A stretch of DNA of 36,746 nt, from assembly GCA_964562785.1 (NCBI GenBank), contig CAZLUY010000691.1, positions 1-36,746 on the forward strand, read 5' to 3'. The notes below the pieces were generated by a model. The model saw only the letters and a program-made list of their open reading frames with translations. It did no database searches and had not been told where the DNA came from. The stretch's first letter is position 1; each line of letters begins with the position of its first letter. Shown here piece after piece: positions 26,034 to 36,746 of the stretch. This DNA comes from an uncultured Limnohabitans sp. (GTDB lineage Bacteria; Bacteroidota; Bacteroidia; Cytophagales; Cyclobacteriaceae). The translations under genes were made by a program, and so were the position numbers.

Positions 26034-26088
26034 TCACTAGAGTCTAGGCATATTTTTTGAAAAGGATGGGCATCACTGCTCATCCTTT

Positions 26089-27183
26089 ATGCATTTATCT
26101 CCTAGAACACTTTTTTTATCAATTCTTCTTTGCATAAGCTCTATTGGCTCTGCCTTTGGACAAACCTGGCAAAACCCTTCAGAGCGATATTCAGAAGCCT
26201 ATAAAAAATATCTGGGCGCCACCTGTCCTCTTCCTGAGGATGAAATCAGTCACTTTGTCTATTTCGCAAGAGATAGAGAACTAATCAAAGATCACCCCCT
26301 GCTGCACGCAGATCGCTTTCAAGGTGCTCAGATCATGTATTCATGGAGGCAACTAGAACGCCAAAAAGGGCAATACGACTTTTCCATTATCCATGAGGAT
26401 CTAGCGTATTTAAATGGCTTTGGAAAAAAGCTCTTCATCCAAATCCAAGACGTCACTTTCGATTCCCGCTATAAGGCCATTCCCGAATATCTTTTGACAG
26501 ATGAATATGATGGAGGAGCTATTCAACAAGAGGACGACGAAGGTGTCGAAGGGGGTTGGATTGCTAAAAGGTGGAACAAGAAGGTTCAAGAGCGATTCGC
26601 TCTTTTCCTCACCGCCCTTGGACAAGAAATGGATGGCAAAATTGAAGGAATTAATCTTCAAGAAACCGCAGCCTCCGGTTCTTTAGATCCGAGCTTTTCA
26701 GAAGCTAAATACCTCGAAGGAATCAAAGCGAACATGCTAGCTCTCAAGAAGGCATTCCCAAAATCCACCACCATGATTTATGCGAATTTCTTCCCAGGAG
26801 AGTGGCTTCCATTTGAGGACAAGGGGTATTTAAGGAGTATTTATGCCTATGGTGAAGAGATAGGTGTTGGCTTAGGAGGGCCTGATCTGATGGTCAGGCG
26901 TAAGGGTCAACTCAACCATACTTTAGCTTTGATGCATGAAGGAGAGTTCACTGTTCCTTTAGGCATTGCTGTTCAAGATGGGAATTACGTGGGTCAGACT
27001 GGAGCAGATGCTGACTATAAGGAAGGAATAGAAAACCAATCCACCGATTCTCCCAATCTCGTACCTCTTTTAAGAGCTTTCGCAGATGATTTTCTAGGGG
27101 TTAGTTATATGTTTTGGGTCAACCAAGAGCCTTACTTCGAGGAGCAGGTACTCCCTTGTTTCACAAACAAAAAGGGGCTATAA
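26089..27183 (+). CDS. Secreted hypothetical protein, possible clan GH-A TIM-barrel glycoside hydrolase
   Basis: WRQLE..KGQYDFS.I, IPEYL and GINLQET resemble GH42/GH35-type barrels. Confidence 0.5.
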   Translation: MHLSPRTLFLSILLCISSIGSAFGQTWQNPSERYSEAYKKYLGATCPLPEDEISHFVYFARDRELIKDHPLLHADRFQGAQIMYSWRQLERQKGQYDFSIIHEDLAYLNGFGKKLFIQIQDVTFDSRYKAIPEYLLTDEYDGGAIQQEDDEGVEGGWIAKRWNKKVQERFALFLTALGQEMDGKIEGINLQETAASGSLDPSFSEAKYLEGIKANMLALKKAFPKSTTMIYANFFPGEWLPFEDKGYLRSIYAYGEEIGVGLGGPDLMVRRKGQLNHTLALMHEGEFTVPLGIAVQDGNYVGQTGADADYKEGIENQSTDSPNLVPLLRAFADDFLGVSYMFWVNQEPYFEEQVLPCFTNKKGL

Positions 27184-27191
27184 GCCCCCTT
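27169..27191. terminator. Probable bidirectional terminator between convergent genes
   Basis: AAAAAGGGGCT-ata-AGCCCCCTT. Confidence 0.65.
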
Positions 27192-27212
27192 GTGATAGTT
27201 TTGGTTTAGTTT

Positions 27213-27632
27213 TTAAGCAGCTTGCTCTTTATTCATCCAATCCAAAATAAAGGTTCCTGCCCTACCGATAATAAAAGTAAGAAAGCCGAAAAGTGGAGAA
27301 AGAAGAGCAACCTTCAAACCACCGGCAACTAAGGAAGGATCGGCATCTCCTACAGCCTCTAAGGCATCGAATGCCAGGATGAGTCCAAGGATAGAATTGA
27401 ACAAACCGATTACCATTCCCAGCAGGGCAGCTTGCTTGGCCAGAGATTTATATTTCTCAAAGGCCACCTGGTCTTTACTGAGTTGACGGGAAGCCATCAC
27501 GATAAAAATCAAGGCTAAAATGAGGCAAATTAAGACAAGTGTCATCCCAACTGGCCCGCCTTCAATGAAGCGATCTATGATCACTAAAACAGTGGCTAAG
27601 GGAGAGGATTGTGTAAGTAAGGGGAGCATCAT
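27213..27632 (-). CDS. Short MotA/TolQ/ExbB proton-channel-like membrane protein
   Basis: EGG..M, G...GL..AFD and VAGGLKVAL motifs; three TM helices. Confidence 0.75.
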   Translation of the reverse strand: MMLPLLTQSSPLATVLVIIDRFIEGGPVGMTLVLICLILALIFIVMASRQLSKDQVAFEKYKSLAKQAALLGMVIGLFNSILGLILAFDALEAVGDADPSLVAGGLKVALLSPLFGFLTFIIGRAGTFILDWMNKEQAA

Positions 27633-27841
27633 AAGATTTTCTTTTTGGTTTTGATCGAATGTAGCTCAATCCCAAACCACATTTATTTCAAAGCGACCGA
27701 TGACCAGTTTAGGAAGTAAGAATACCTATTTCATCGGATTTTTGAAATTCCTTTGAAGTCTTCGGTCATTCCCCGGCTTCAATTCGTCGTTCATCGCAGA
27801 ATCTTTGGGAATCGTATTTTTTCATCAATCTTTAAGTATTC

Positions 27842-28939
27842 ATGAATATCAAAAAACTAGGTAAGGAGCTTTTAATCGAGTCGCTAAAGCAGGGTCTTCT
27901 CTGTGCAGGCATTTTGCTTTTCTTCACCTTTTATTTTGGAATTACCCTGACGAACCTCGCTCCTGCTTTCACCTTCGGTTTATTTCTGCTGCCAGTCACA
28001 TTTATTACAGCAAATGTTTTCAGTAAACGACTCATACCAAACTATCTAATCACCGAGAAATACTTCCAGTTTGGGCTTTACTCAGTCTACACCATTATCA
28101 TCTCTGTTTTTTTCATCGTGATTTCATGCTTTTACGGTTTGATCATCACGGATTCTTTGGTGAATCTGGAAAGAGAATTTCTAGCTACAAAAAATCTATA
28201 CCTAATCATTATTGGGGTTTATATGGTGGTATTGGTGGTTTCTCTATTTGCAGTATATCGCGAGAGCTTCAAAATCAATCTGAAGAATCAAGAATTACAA
28301 TATGCTCTTTTGGATGGTCAGCTACAGCTTAAAAAAGAGGAGCTCAGCTACCTGAAAATGCAGATACATCCGCACTTTTTGTTCAATACATTGAATACCA
28401 TTTATGGCTCTGCGATATCTCAAAGAAAAAGCACGCCAGACCTGATTCTCAAGCTTTCCAACCTTCTGGATTATATCCTGTATCAAACCAAAAAATCCCT
28501 TGTACCACTTAATCAGGAAATCGATCACTTAAAGGATTATATAGCTCTTGAAGAACTTAGACATGGGAAGAATCTTGAAGTCAAGACATCATTTCCCAAA
28601 CGTTCCGATGATATTTTAATTCCCCCCATGCTTTTGCTCCCTTTTCTGGAAAATAGTTTCAAACATGGAAAAGGTTACGACAAGGCAGCATTCATAGATC
28701 TTGCCATTGAAACAGAAAATGATACCATATCCTTCTCACTTAAGAACTCATTTGAGAAAGCCGTTGAGCCGAAATCCGAGGACTCTTCAGGCATTGGTCT
28801 AGCCAATATTAAGAAGCGTTTGAACCTGATTTATCCAGATGCACATGAATTGCGCATTGAGCCGGGCAAGGGTATTTATGAAGTGAAATTGAAACTGGAA
28901 ACTGATAAAGTCAATACAAATGAATTGCCTGATTATTGA
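27842..28939 (+). CDS. LytS/YehU-type sensor histidine kinase
   Basis: LKMQIHPHFLFNTLN, ENSFKHG and GIGLANIKKRL motifs; N-terminal TM helices. Confidence 0.95.
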   Translation: MNIKKLGKELLIESLKQGLLCAGILLFFTFYFGITLTNLAPAFTFGLFLLPVTFITANVFSKRLIPNYLITEKYFQFGLYSVYTIIISVFFIVISCFYGLIITDSLVNLEREFLATKNLYLIIIGVYMVVLVVSLFAVYRESFKINLKNQELQYALLDGQLQLKKEELSYLKMQIHPHFLFNTLNTIYGSAISQRKSTPDLILKLSNLLDYILYQTKKSLVPLNQEIDHLKDYIALEELRHGKNLEVKTSFPKRSDDILIPPMLLLPFLENSFKHGKGYDKAAFIDLAIETENDTISFSLKNSFEKAVEPKSEDSSGIGLANIKKRLNLIYPDAHELRIEPGKGIYEVKLKLETDKVNTNELPDY

Positions 28940-29603
28940 TGACGAGCCTATAGCCCAGGACATCCTCAAAGGATTTGTGTCTAAGGTAGACTACCTCAAC
29001 CTGATACAGACCTGCTCGAATGCAAACGAAGCATTCAATGTAATTCAGGAGCAGCAGATAGATTTGGTTTTCCTGGATATCAATATGCCAGGGATTGATG
29101 GCATGGCATTGGCCAAAATCATCCCCAAGGAAATCAAGGTGATTTTCACCACTGCATACAGAGAATATGCGATTGAAGGTTTTGACCTGGAAGCAGCAGA
29201 TTACCTCCTCAAGCCTATAGCTTTTGACAGATTTTTGAAGGCAGTTTCAAAGGTTAAAACTCAGGACTCTTCAGAGTCAACTACCTCCACCGATTTTATT
29301 TTTGTCCGACAGGATAGGAAAATGGAAAAGGTGCGATTTCAAGAGATATCCTATATAGAGAGCTACTCGGACTACCTCAAAATCCACCTCCCAGGCAAAA
29401 CTTTAATTGTGAGAGAAAGTATCAGCAGCTTTTTTGAAAAGCTCCCAAAAGATCAATTCATTCGATTCCATAGATCTTTCATAGGTCGACTTGGAGCTAT
29501 AGAATCCTACACTCATGAGTACATTCAAATCGATGGGAATGCACTGACGATAAGCAGGTCTTACAAAACGGAGGTTCTGGAAAAACTAGGAGAATTTGAA
29601 TAA
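28920..29603 (+). CDS. LytTR family response regulator
   Basis: IIDDE, FLDINMP, FTTAY, DYLLKP and F.R.HRSF motifs. Confidence 0.95.
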   Translation: MNCLIIDDEPIAQDILKGFVSKVDYLNLIQTCSNANEAFNVIQEQQIDLVFLDINMPGIDGMALAKIIPKEIKVIFTTAYREYAIEGFDLEAADYLLKPIAFDRFLKAVSKVKTQDSSESTTSTDFIFVRQDRKMEKVRFQEISYIESYSDYLKIHLPGKTLIVRESISSFFEKLPKDQFIRFHRSFIGRLGAIESYTHEYIQIDGNALTISRSYKTEVLEKLGEFE

Positions 29604-29615
29604 TTCAATAGGGAT

Positions 29616-30815
29616 TTAGAAAGGCCAGGAATCCTGAAGCTTTTCCCCATTTGCCATAGCGTCCAACTCATCTTCATTCATTAAACACTCCTCCAGATCC
29701 TTGATAATTTGCTCTTGATCAAGGAATTGACCAATAAGAACAAGCTCATTCATTCGATCCCCGAATTCTTTATCCCATCTGGATTCAATCCATTTCTGAT
29801 TATCCAAATAGGAGGCATATCGGATTCTTTGTTGGAATGGCATCGAGGCCCACCAAACACCTGCTGGCTCTGCCTTAAGGCTTCCTCCTGCCTGTGACCA
29901 AGAAATAGCCTCATTCATTCGAGATCCCAGATAAAAGAGCCCCTTACTTCTTATGATACTTGCTGGCCAATTGGCCTGGATGTAGCTCCAAAATCTATCT
30001 GGATGGAATGGCCTTTTGTCCTTGAAAACAAAGCTGCTGATTCCATATTCCTCGGTTTCAGTAGTATGTTCTTTCTCTAATTCTTCCATCCAAGCCTCGG
30101 ATGCGGATTCAAAATCCTCATCATACAAACCTGTATTTAGAATTTCCTTAAGCCCGACATTTCCTTTTTCAGTTCGGATAATTCTCGCCTTAGGGTTTAG
30201 CTTTTGAAGAATGGCTTCCAATTCATCAGCATGCTCCTTGGAAACCATATCACATTTATTCAGAAGAATAACATTCGCAAATTCAATCTGATCCGTGAGT
30301 AGATTCACGATAGATCTTGTGTCCTCCAGATCGTCATTCATCACTCTGGAAACAATGGTATCCGGACTTCCAAAATCGTTGTAAAAATTAAATGCATCTA
30401 CGACGGTAACCAAGGTATCCAATCGACTTACATCACCCAGAATTGCCTGATCATCCTCGTCTACGAATGTGAAAGTCTGCGCTACGGGCAGAGGCTCAGA
30501 TATTCCTGAACTTTCTATTAACAAATAATCGAAACGACCTTCCTTAGCAAGTTTTCTCACCTCTACCATCAGATCCTCGCGAAGGGTACAGCATATACAG
30601 CCGTTGCTCATCTCGACAAGCTTTTCCTCTGTTTTGGAAAGAGTATTACCGTTTTGGATGAGTTTTGCATCCACATTCACCGCACCCATATCATTGACGA
30701 TTACGGCTACTTTTAGTCCTTCCTTATTATGAAGAACATGATTCAATAATGTTGTTTTACCAGCTCCAAGAAATCCACTCAGAACGGTTACTGGTAGTTT
30801 ATCAATAGTGGTCAT
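29616..30815 (-). CDS. COG0523 (CobW/ZigA/YciC-like) GTP-dependent zinc metallochaperone
   Basis: [22 protein letters not shown] and RSKG motifs. Confidence 0.95.
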   Translation of the reverse strand: MTTIDKLPVTVLSGFLGAGKTTLLNHVLHNKEGLKVAVIVNDMGAVNVDAKLIQNGNTLSKTEEKLVEMSNGCICCTLREDLMVEVRKLAKEGRFDYLLIESSGISEPLPVAQTFTFVDEDDQAILGDVSRLDTLVTVVDAFNFYNDFGSPDTIVSRVMNDDLEDTRSIVNLLTDQIEFANVILLNKCDMVSKEHADELEAILQKLNPKARIIRTEKGNVGLKEILNTGLYDEDFESASEAWMEELEKEHTTETEEYGISSFVFKDKRPFHPDRFWSYIQANWPASIIRSKGLFYLGSRMNEAISWSQAGGSLKAEPAGVWWASMPFQQRIRYASYLDNQKWIESRWDKEFGDRMNELVLIGQFLDQEQIIKDLEECLMNEDELDAMANGEKLQDSWPF

Positions 30816-31264
30816 AGTACTTCGGCGTCTTCAATTATAAAAGTCATCTCCTCCACGTCATCAGCATTGAGCTTCAGGCTTCCTCTTACCGTTACAATTT
30901 CATCGACTTTCATTCTTGGAATTTTGGAACTTGTGTATACGACTGCCACAGATTCAGGACCCGCACCTCCACAAAAGAAGCATTCAGCCATAGGGTACTT
31001 TGAAAGGATCATCAGCTGGTCATTGTCTATATCTAGTGGAATATGAAAGCCTTTGAGTTCGACTTCCTTTCCTTCGAGAGCCTTTAATTCATCCGTGAAT
31101 TCCGGATAGAAGAAATACATCTCAAAATCCCGGTTTAGCTTTTGGGTGAATGGTACCTTTTGAAAGAGTGCCCAAAGATCAGGCTCAAAGTTGTCAACAG
31201 GGCTCGATGCGCCCATCCAAAAAGCGCTAAGCAAGACAAGAACTAATTTGACGGCAATTTTCAT
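30812..31264 (-). CDS. DUF3299-like exported OB-fold protein
   Basis: [15 protein letters not shown] and CFFCG..GPES motifs; coupled to the COG0523 gene by an ATGA overlap. Confidence 0.7.
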   Translation of the reverse strand: MKIAVKLVLVLLSAFWMGASSPVDNFEPDLWALFQKVPFTQKLNRDFEMYFFYPEFTDELKALEGKEVELKGFHIPLDIDNDQLMILSKYPMAECFFCGGAGPESVAVVYTSSKIPRMKVDEIVTVRGSLKLNADDVEEMTFIIEDAEVL

Positions 31265-31285
31265 GAATTAGAAACCAATATTATC

Positions 31286-31298
31286 GCAACAAAGTTGC
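31286..31298. promoter_or_regulatory. Palindromic operator, putative Zur/Fur-family box
   Basis: GCAAC-AAA-GTTGC, overlapping a minus-strand CAACTTTG (-7-like) element just upstream of the COG0523 operon. Confidence 0.65.
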
Positions 31299-31468
31299 AA
31301 TTAAATCCAATTATTCCCTAGCTCTTGCGATTTTTTAGGAGCGGTAATAGGCTCAAAAATTTTTAAATATGGAGGCTTTATATAAATGGTCAATTACCAC
31401 TCTTCAAAAACATTTTTAGGCAAAAAATCCTCTTACTAACTTCCGCCTTCAGCGGAAAAATCACCAAT

Positions 31469-34400
31469 ATGAAAATCAAATCCTTACTGGTGCTTTTAGC
31501 TTTAAGCTTAAGCACTCTCCAAGCCCAGGAACTAACAAGCGAATTGTTAAATGGACTACCTCTTCGGAACATTGGTCCAGCCACCATGAGTGGTCGAATT
31601 GTAGATCTGGCAGTCTTAGAGTCGGACCCCTATACATTCTATGCAGCCACATCAACTGGTGGTGTTTGGAAAACCAGTGACAACGGGATCACTTTCGAAC
31701 CCATTTTTGAGAACGAAGCCACTCACTCTGTTGGAGCGATTGCCCTAAATCAGAATCATCCGGATATTATCTGGGTAGGTACTGGAGAGCGTGCAAACCG
31801 CCAAAGTTCATCCTGGGGTGATGGTGTCTACAAATCCATGGATGGAGGTAAAACCTGGAAAAATGTTGGCCTAAAAGATTCTCATCACATTGGAAGAATT
31901 GCTCTTCACCCTACAGACTCTTTAGTCGCTTATGTAGCAGCTATGGGTCACCTCTGGGGGCCAAATGAAGAGAGAGGCCTGTACCGCACCAAGGATGGTG
32001 GCGAAACGTGGGAAAGATTGATTTATGTAGATGAAGATACTGGGGTTGTGGATGTGGCTATGGATCCCTCTGACCCGAACATTCTATATGCAGCCACCTA
32101 CCAAAGAAGAAGGAGACCATATGGTTTTCATGGAGGTGGTCCTGGAAGTGGACTACATAAATCCACCGACGGAGGTGAAACCTGGACTGAGCTCACAAAT
32201 GGACTTCCCGAGGGAGATTATGGACGGATTGGTATATCTATCTATAGAAGCAATCCGGAAGTTGTATTCATCTCACTTGAGCAAGGCTTCCAATACAATG
32301 CCTCTACTGCTTATAATGAAAGAAGAGCTGGACTTTATAGAAGTAAAGACAAAGGTGAGAGTTGGGAGCTGATGAGTGACTGGAATCCAAGGCCCATGTA
32401 TGCTTCACAGCCTTTGGTAGATCCAAGTGATGAATCAAGAATTTACATGATGAACCAGTATAGCTATTCTAGCGATAGTGGTAAAACCTTTACAGCTCCA
32501 AGGCAATCACTTCATGGCGATGATAGAATTCTTTGGGTAAACCCAAAAGATTCACGACATGTGATTAAAGGTGATGACGGTGGAATTGGTATTTCCTACG
32601 ATAGAGGAATCAAATGGCTTTGGGTAAGTAACCTTCCACTAAGCCAATACTACAGAGTCGCAGTAGATAATGCTAAACCATACAATGTCTATGGTGGATT
32701 ACAGGACAATGGAAGCTGGGTTGGCCCAAGTGAAACTTATCGTAGCGATGGTATCATCAATTCAGATTGGAAAAAACTTGGAGGAGGCGACGGCTTCCTT
32801 AATCTGGTAGATCGAAATAATCCTGACGTGGTCTACACCGAGTCTCAGTATTTAGGCTTGACCAGATTAGATATGAAGACTGGTCAGAGACAAGATATCA
32901 GACCCGGTGATCCGCTGGGGCGAATCGGTCCTAGAAGGAATTGGGATTCCTGGGGTCCTGGGTTACCAGAACCAGAATTAGGAAACGCGATGGCTCCTGG
33001 CAACTGGGATGGTCCATTTTTTCTTTCTCATCATGATGAGAACACCATCTATGCAGGAACTAATGTATTATGGAAGAGTACAGACAACGGAGCCACTTGG
33101 AAATCTCTTGGTGACTTGACTACCAAAGTAAATCGCCGAGAGTTGCTCATCATGGGACAAAGACCAGATGAGAACACGGCTTCTTTGGACGATGGTATTC
33201 CATATTATCCTACCCTAACAGCTGTGGCTGAAGATTTACATACTCCAGGAATGCTATATGCCGGAACCGATGATGGACTTCTTCAGGTTTCCTGGGATGA
33301 TGGACAAACTTGGAATGATGTCACCAGTCAACTCTCTGGACTACCAAAAGAAACTTGGATTAACACCTTTGAGCCCTCTTCGCATGAAGCAGGTCGCGCA
33401 TATGTCGCCATAAACAATTACCGAAACAATGATTTCAAAAATTACATCTATCGATCGGATGATTATGGAAAAACCTGGACCTCTGTTGTAGGTGATTTAC
33501 CGGAAGATCGAGTGGCCAGAACGCTTCGTGAGGATCCAAAAAACCCTAATCTACTTTACCTGGGAACTGAAATCGGACTTTTTGTGACCATCGATGGAGG
33601 TAATCATTGGGCAGAGCTGAAAAGCAATATGCCTACCCTTCCTTTCAATGATCTAGTTATTCAGGAAAGAGATAACGATTTGGTTCTGGGAACACACGCT
33701 CGTGGTGTTTGGATTCTTGATCACCTGAGCGCCCTACAGGAAATGACTCCTGAAACTCTTCAGCAGCCTATGGCCTTGTTTTCTATAGATGATGCAGAGA
33801 TCATCAATTATACAAGAGATGGTGCTCATACGGGAGACATGTACTATCGAGGAGAAAATCCTGCCTTCGGCGCAGCGATTGACTATTATTTAAAAGACTC
33901 TCTTAGCAAAGACGATATCAAACTAACCATACACGATGCTTCTGGTGAAATAGTGGATGAGGTTAAACTCAATACTAATGCAGGACTTCATCGAGTTATG
34001 TGGGGCTTGAGATATCAAGTAAAAACAGAAAATGGCGGAAGATTCGGAATGCGAGGGCCTTATGTGATCCCTGGTCTTTACACAGCAAAGCTTGAAATGG
34101 GTGAAGAAAGCATGACCAAAACTTTCCGAGTAAGTGATGATCCTAGGTTAAATGTATCTCTTGATGTTCGCAAGGAGTGGACAGCTTCTCAAATGGAGGT
34201 ATTGGAACTTTATAAACTAGTTTCTGAAGATCGAGCTGATATCCAAAAGCTAAGCAATCAGTTAGCCAAGCTTAAAAGGGATGAGGTGGAGTATAATGAA
34301 GAATCCGCCGAACCTTTGAATGAAATTAGCAGAAAGTACAGAGAACTGAATAGTAGAGTACGAACCCTTTACTCCAGAATAGGAAACTATATCGGCCCTT

Positions 34401-34546
34401 GGACTACAGATCAGAAATCTCAATATGCCTATTATCAGAGCATGAGAGAAAAACTGATTGGTGAAAGAGATGAGGTCATCAAAAGTACCGTTCCTAAAAT
34501 CAATCGTGGACTTAAAAAAGAAAATAGATTAAGTCTGGAAAAATAA
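31469..34546 (+). CDS. Secreted VPS10/sortilin-BNR repeat glycosyl hydrolase-like protein
   Basis: Signal peptide; RNIGPA.MSGR, many SxDGGxTW BNR repeats, YGGLQDNG and GGGDGF motifs. Confidence 0.9.
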   Translation: MKIKSLLVLLALSLSTLQAQELTSELLNGLPLRNIGPATMSGRIVDLAVLESDPYTFYAATSTGGVWKTSDNGITFEPIFENEATHSVGAIALNQNHPDIIWVGTGERANRQSSSWGDGVYKSMDGGKTWKNVGLKDSHHIGRIALHPTDSLVAYVAAMGHLWGPNEERGLYRTKDGGETWERLIYVDEDTGVVDVAMDPSDPNILYAATYQRRRRPYGFHGGGPGSGLHKSTDGGETWTELTNGLPEGDYGRIGISIYRSNPEVVFISLEQGFQYNASTAYNERRAGLYRSKDKGESWELMSDWNPRPMYASQPLVDPSDESRIYMMNQYSYSSDSGKTFTAPRQSLHGDDRILWVNPKDSRHVIKGDDGGIGISYDRGIKWLWVSNLPLSQYYRVAVDNAKPYNVYGGLQDNGSWVGPSETYRSDGIINSDWKKLGGGDGFLNLVDRNNPDVVYTESQYLGLTRLDMKTGQRQDIRPGDPLGRIGPRRNWDSWGPGLPEPELGNAMAPGNWDGPFFLSHHDENTIYAGTNVLWKSTDNGATWKSLGDLTTKVNRRELLIMGQRPDENTASLDDGIPYYPTLTAVAEDLHTPGMLYAGTDDGLLQVSWDDGQTWNDVTSQLSGLPKETWINTFEPSSHEAGRAYVAINNYRNNDFKNYIYRSDDYGKTWTSVVGDLPEDRVARTLREDPKNPNLLYLGTEIGLFVTIDGGNHWAELKSNMPTLPFNDLVIQERDNDLVLGTHARGVWILDHLSALQEMTPETLQQPMALFSIDDAEIINYTRDGAHTGDMYYRGENPAFGAAIDYYLKDSLSKDDIKLTIHDASGEIVDEVKLNTNAGLHRVMWGLRYQVKTENGGRFGMRGPYVIPGLYTAKLEMGEESMTKTFRVSDDPRLNVSLDVRKEWTASQMEVLELYKLVSEDRADIQKLSNQLAKLKRDEVEYNEESAEPLNEISRKYRELNSRVRTLYSRIGNYIGPWTTDQKSQYAYYQSMREKLIGERDEVIKSTVPKINRGLKKENRLSLEK

Positions 34547-34561
34547 AGACCTAAAGAATAG

Positions 34562-34590
34562 AAAGCCCTGATGAGATTCGGGGCTTTTTT
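34562..34590 (+). terminator. Intrinsic terminator
   Basis: AAAGCCC...GGGCTTTTTT after the stop codon. Confidence 0.8.
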
Positions 34591-34650
34591 GTTGGCTCAA
34601 AAGATGGGTAATTTCAGTATATTTCTATCAGAGACATTAATCCCCTGATT

Positions 34651-35016
34651 ATGGCAACGACCCCAGAACACGATGAAAAAGTAGCTAATTTGACCTTTGC
34701 TGGTGTATATCCACACTATGTTACTAAGGTGGAGAAGAAAGGCAGGACCAAGGAAGAACTTCACGAGGTCATTGAATGGCTTACCGGTTTCGATGACAAT
34801 AAGCTTAATGAATTGATTGATTCAAAGGCCACTTTCCGAGAATTCTTTGAAGAGGCCGAAGTCAACCCAAATGCAGAGCAAATCAAAGGCGTAATCTGTG
34901 GCTATAGAATTGAAGAAATCATCACTCCCCTAACAAGGCAAGCAAGGTATCTGGACAAACTTGTGGATGAGCTGGCCAAGGGGAGAAAAATGGAAAAAAT
35001 TCTGCGTCAAGCATAA
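34651..35016 (+). CDS. DUF2200 family protein
   Basis: FA.VYPHYV.KVEKKGRT, GVICGYR.EEI and RYLDKLVDELAKG motifs. Confidence 0.9.
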   Translation: MATTPEHDEKVANLTFAGVYPHYVTKVEKKGRTKEELHEVIEWLTGFDDNKLNELIDSKATFREFFEEAEVNPNAEQIKGVICGYRIEEIITPLTRQARYLDKLVDELAKGRKMEKILRQA

Positions 35017-35048
35017 GACACTAACAATTTGTCCACTCAAGAAGCCCG

Positions 35049-36746
35049 TCAATCCTTTACAGACGTTGAATCTTGATTTGATCCAAGCATATCATACGTG
35101 ATTTTAAAAGTAGGATATGAACCAAGGTTTTCGGGAGATTCATCCGAGCCTCTTTGGACAATTATTTCGGTATCAAGGTGCTCGGTAACAAGAAACTCAG
35201 AAACCTTATCAATTAAGTTTTGAATTCTTCCATCTCTCACGCTATCCACATTTTTTTCAGTTGTCAGTTGACGAATAGCTTCATCCAGACTTAAGGAATC
35301 TGTGCCTACTTTTTCAAAAACAAAGGTTTCAAATTCCTCTATATTCTTTTGGTAATCAGCACCTGATTGATTGAACTCCATCCCAATCATTTCCTCAGAG
35401 ATTGCTTCAGAATATAGTCTTTCATCTACATAAAAATCCATGATAATGGCTAAACCATCCTTCTTTCTTTCCAGGTCGAGGAGCTTATCTAGTTGCCTGT
35501 ATTGCTTATTACTTGGAATGGTGTCGCTGTAGCTGAAAACCATCTCCTCTAACTCCTTTGGATCTCCACCAACTAAGCCAACCAGAAAATCTACAGGGGC
35601 CAATACGGTTTTATCGATAACGTTTTTGAATGTCTCCCAAACAATTTTACCCACATTTAACTCAGGATCATTGAGATCCCCACTCACAGGAATATCCAAC
35701 TCGACATCACCATTCCTGTCAGTAAGTAAAAAAAAAGCGAACTTCAATGGGATGCTATATAGACCCGCATCACTCGTTTCAAGAGTGGCATTCTTCACAA
35801 GAAGCTTATTTTCACTTTCAATCTGGCCATCAACAATTTTAGTTTGGCAGTAATAGTACATATCTCCTTCCAAGGCCGAATGCCCAGTGTAATAATTGGT
35901 ATAAATGTTTAAGTCTGGAAGTAGGAAGTTTTCTAAAGAAATATCGAGGGTTAGGTTATTGTAATCATTGGGGAAAATACCTAAGGATGCAAGAAGATTA
36001 CCTCTATTGTTAAGTTTCATGGTAGAATTAACTTCCAGCCAATCTGTATCATTGGTAATATCTTTTGTGTCAATCTCTATTTCAGTAAGGCTATAATTAA
36101 ATGGTTCCCCAGTTAGATTATCACTGTAGTCCAGCTTCCCATTGGTTAAAACAAACTCATCTATTTTGTAGATCAGCATTTGATCAGAAGTGCCTGGATC
36201 ATCGTTAAATGTTGAATCCTGCTCTCCTTCTAGCCCAAAAATTCTGAAAAAATTATTGCTTGCTGAATCAAGTTGAAAATAGGCGTAGGAATCAATGACT
36301 TCAATTTTATTCACATGATAATCTGTGTTATAGTAGTCAATTTTATCTGCTAGTAAATTGACTTGTTTGGCTCCTAGAAAAAGCTTGTCATCGAAATCTT
36401 TCATTTCAAGATCAAAGACTGAAGCTTCCAAAAACATGATTAGCTTTTCATACTCATAAATATTGCCTGAAACGCCTAGATTAAAATCAATGGTGCCATT
36501 CAAAGAACTTAACTCTACTGACTCCCGCGCATCCTCATAAAATGGGTCTAGGTATAGTTTGGTTACATCGAGATTTGCGTCGAGCTCCCCGGAATTTGGG
36601 TCAAAATCAAAATTTGCCTGAAATCTCCCACCTCTTCTCATATCAAAAGCTACGTCAGCAGAGCTCTTCTCTGATTGGTCCCAGCTGATAAGCGGAATGG
36701 ATAGGTCTATTCCTGGTACATCCGTAACATTGCCTATTACACGATT
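35049..36746 (-). CDS. DUF748 / AsmA-like protein, 5' end outside window
   Basis: Frame is open to the window end; PLKFAFFLLTDRNGDVELDIPVSGDLNDP motif. Confidence 0.8.
   Translation of the reverse strand, partial: NRVIGNVTDVPGIDLSIPLISWDQSEKSSADVAFDMRRGGRFQANFDFDPNSGELDANLDVTKLYLDPFYEDARESVELSSLNGTIDFNLGVSGNIYEYEKLIMFLEASVFDLEMKDFDDKLFLGAKQVNLLADKIDYYNTDYHVNKIEVIDSYAYFQLDSASNNFFRIFGLEGEQDSTFNDDPGTSDQMLIYKIDEFVLTNGKLDYSDNLTGEPFNYSLTEIEIDTKDITNDTDWLEVNSTMKLNNRGNLLASLGIFPNDYNNLTLDISLENFLLPDLNIYTNYYTGHSALEGDMYYYCQTKIVDGQIESENKLLVKNATLETSDAGLYSIPLKFAFFLLTDRNGDVELDIPVSGDLNDPELNVGKIVWETFKNVIDKTVLAPVDFLVGLVGGDPKELEEMVFSYSDTIPSNKQYRQLDKLLDLERKKDGLAIIMDFYVDERLYSEAISEEMIGMEFNQSGADYQKNIEEFETFVFEKVGTDSLSLDEAIRQLTTEKNVDSVRDGRIQNLIDKVSEFLVTEHLDTEIIVQRGSDESPENLGSYPTFKITYDMLGSNQDSTSVKD

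Noticed and set aside
279-35853. Numerous 60-120 aa ORFs antisense to or out of frame within larger genes
   Set aside because: Shadow ORFs of well-supported genes, with no independent coding evidence.

Overview
Chromosomal window from a Bacteroidota bacterium. This is inferred from TAnnTTTG-like promoters, A-rich translation starts, many lipoproteins, and DUF6090, VPS10/BNR and LytS/LytTR genes. I found no integrase, transposase, tRNA, rRNA or CRISPR locus. Positions 718-14996 form a ~14 kb co-oriented (+) block of functionally unrelated accessory genes, including an orphan contractile-injection-system sheath gene. The block lies between two convergent anchor genes: a VPS10/BNR-type hydrolase (3' end at 717) and speB (3' end at 14997). 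Main observation: each anchor has a short, diverged copy of its own 3' end about 2 kb inside the block (2574-2636 and 12981-13097). The speB copy differs almost only at synonymous sites and is fused back-to-back to a 3' fragment of a class III cyclase gene. Six co-oriented 29-30 bp palindromes and a REPIN-like cluster occur only in this block. Together this suggests an integrase-free gene-accretion hotspot that grows inward from both anchors (inference). The rest of the window holds speA-speB with a long structured leader, secreted hydrolases, a LytS/LytTR pair, a COG0523 operon with a palindromic operator, a full VPS10/BNR protein, DUF2200 and a partial DUF748 gene. All family calls come from motif recognition by eye, not from database searches.
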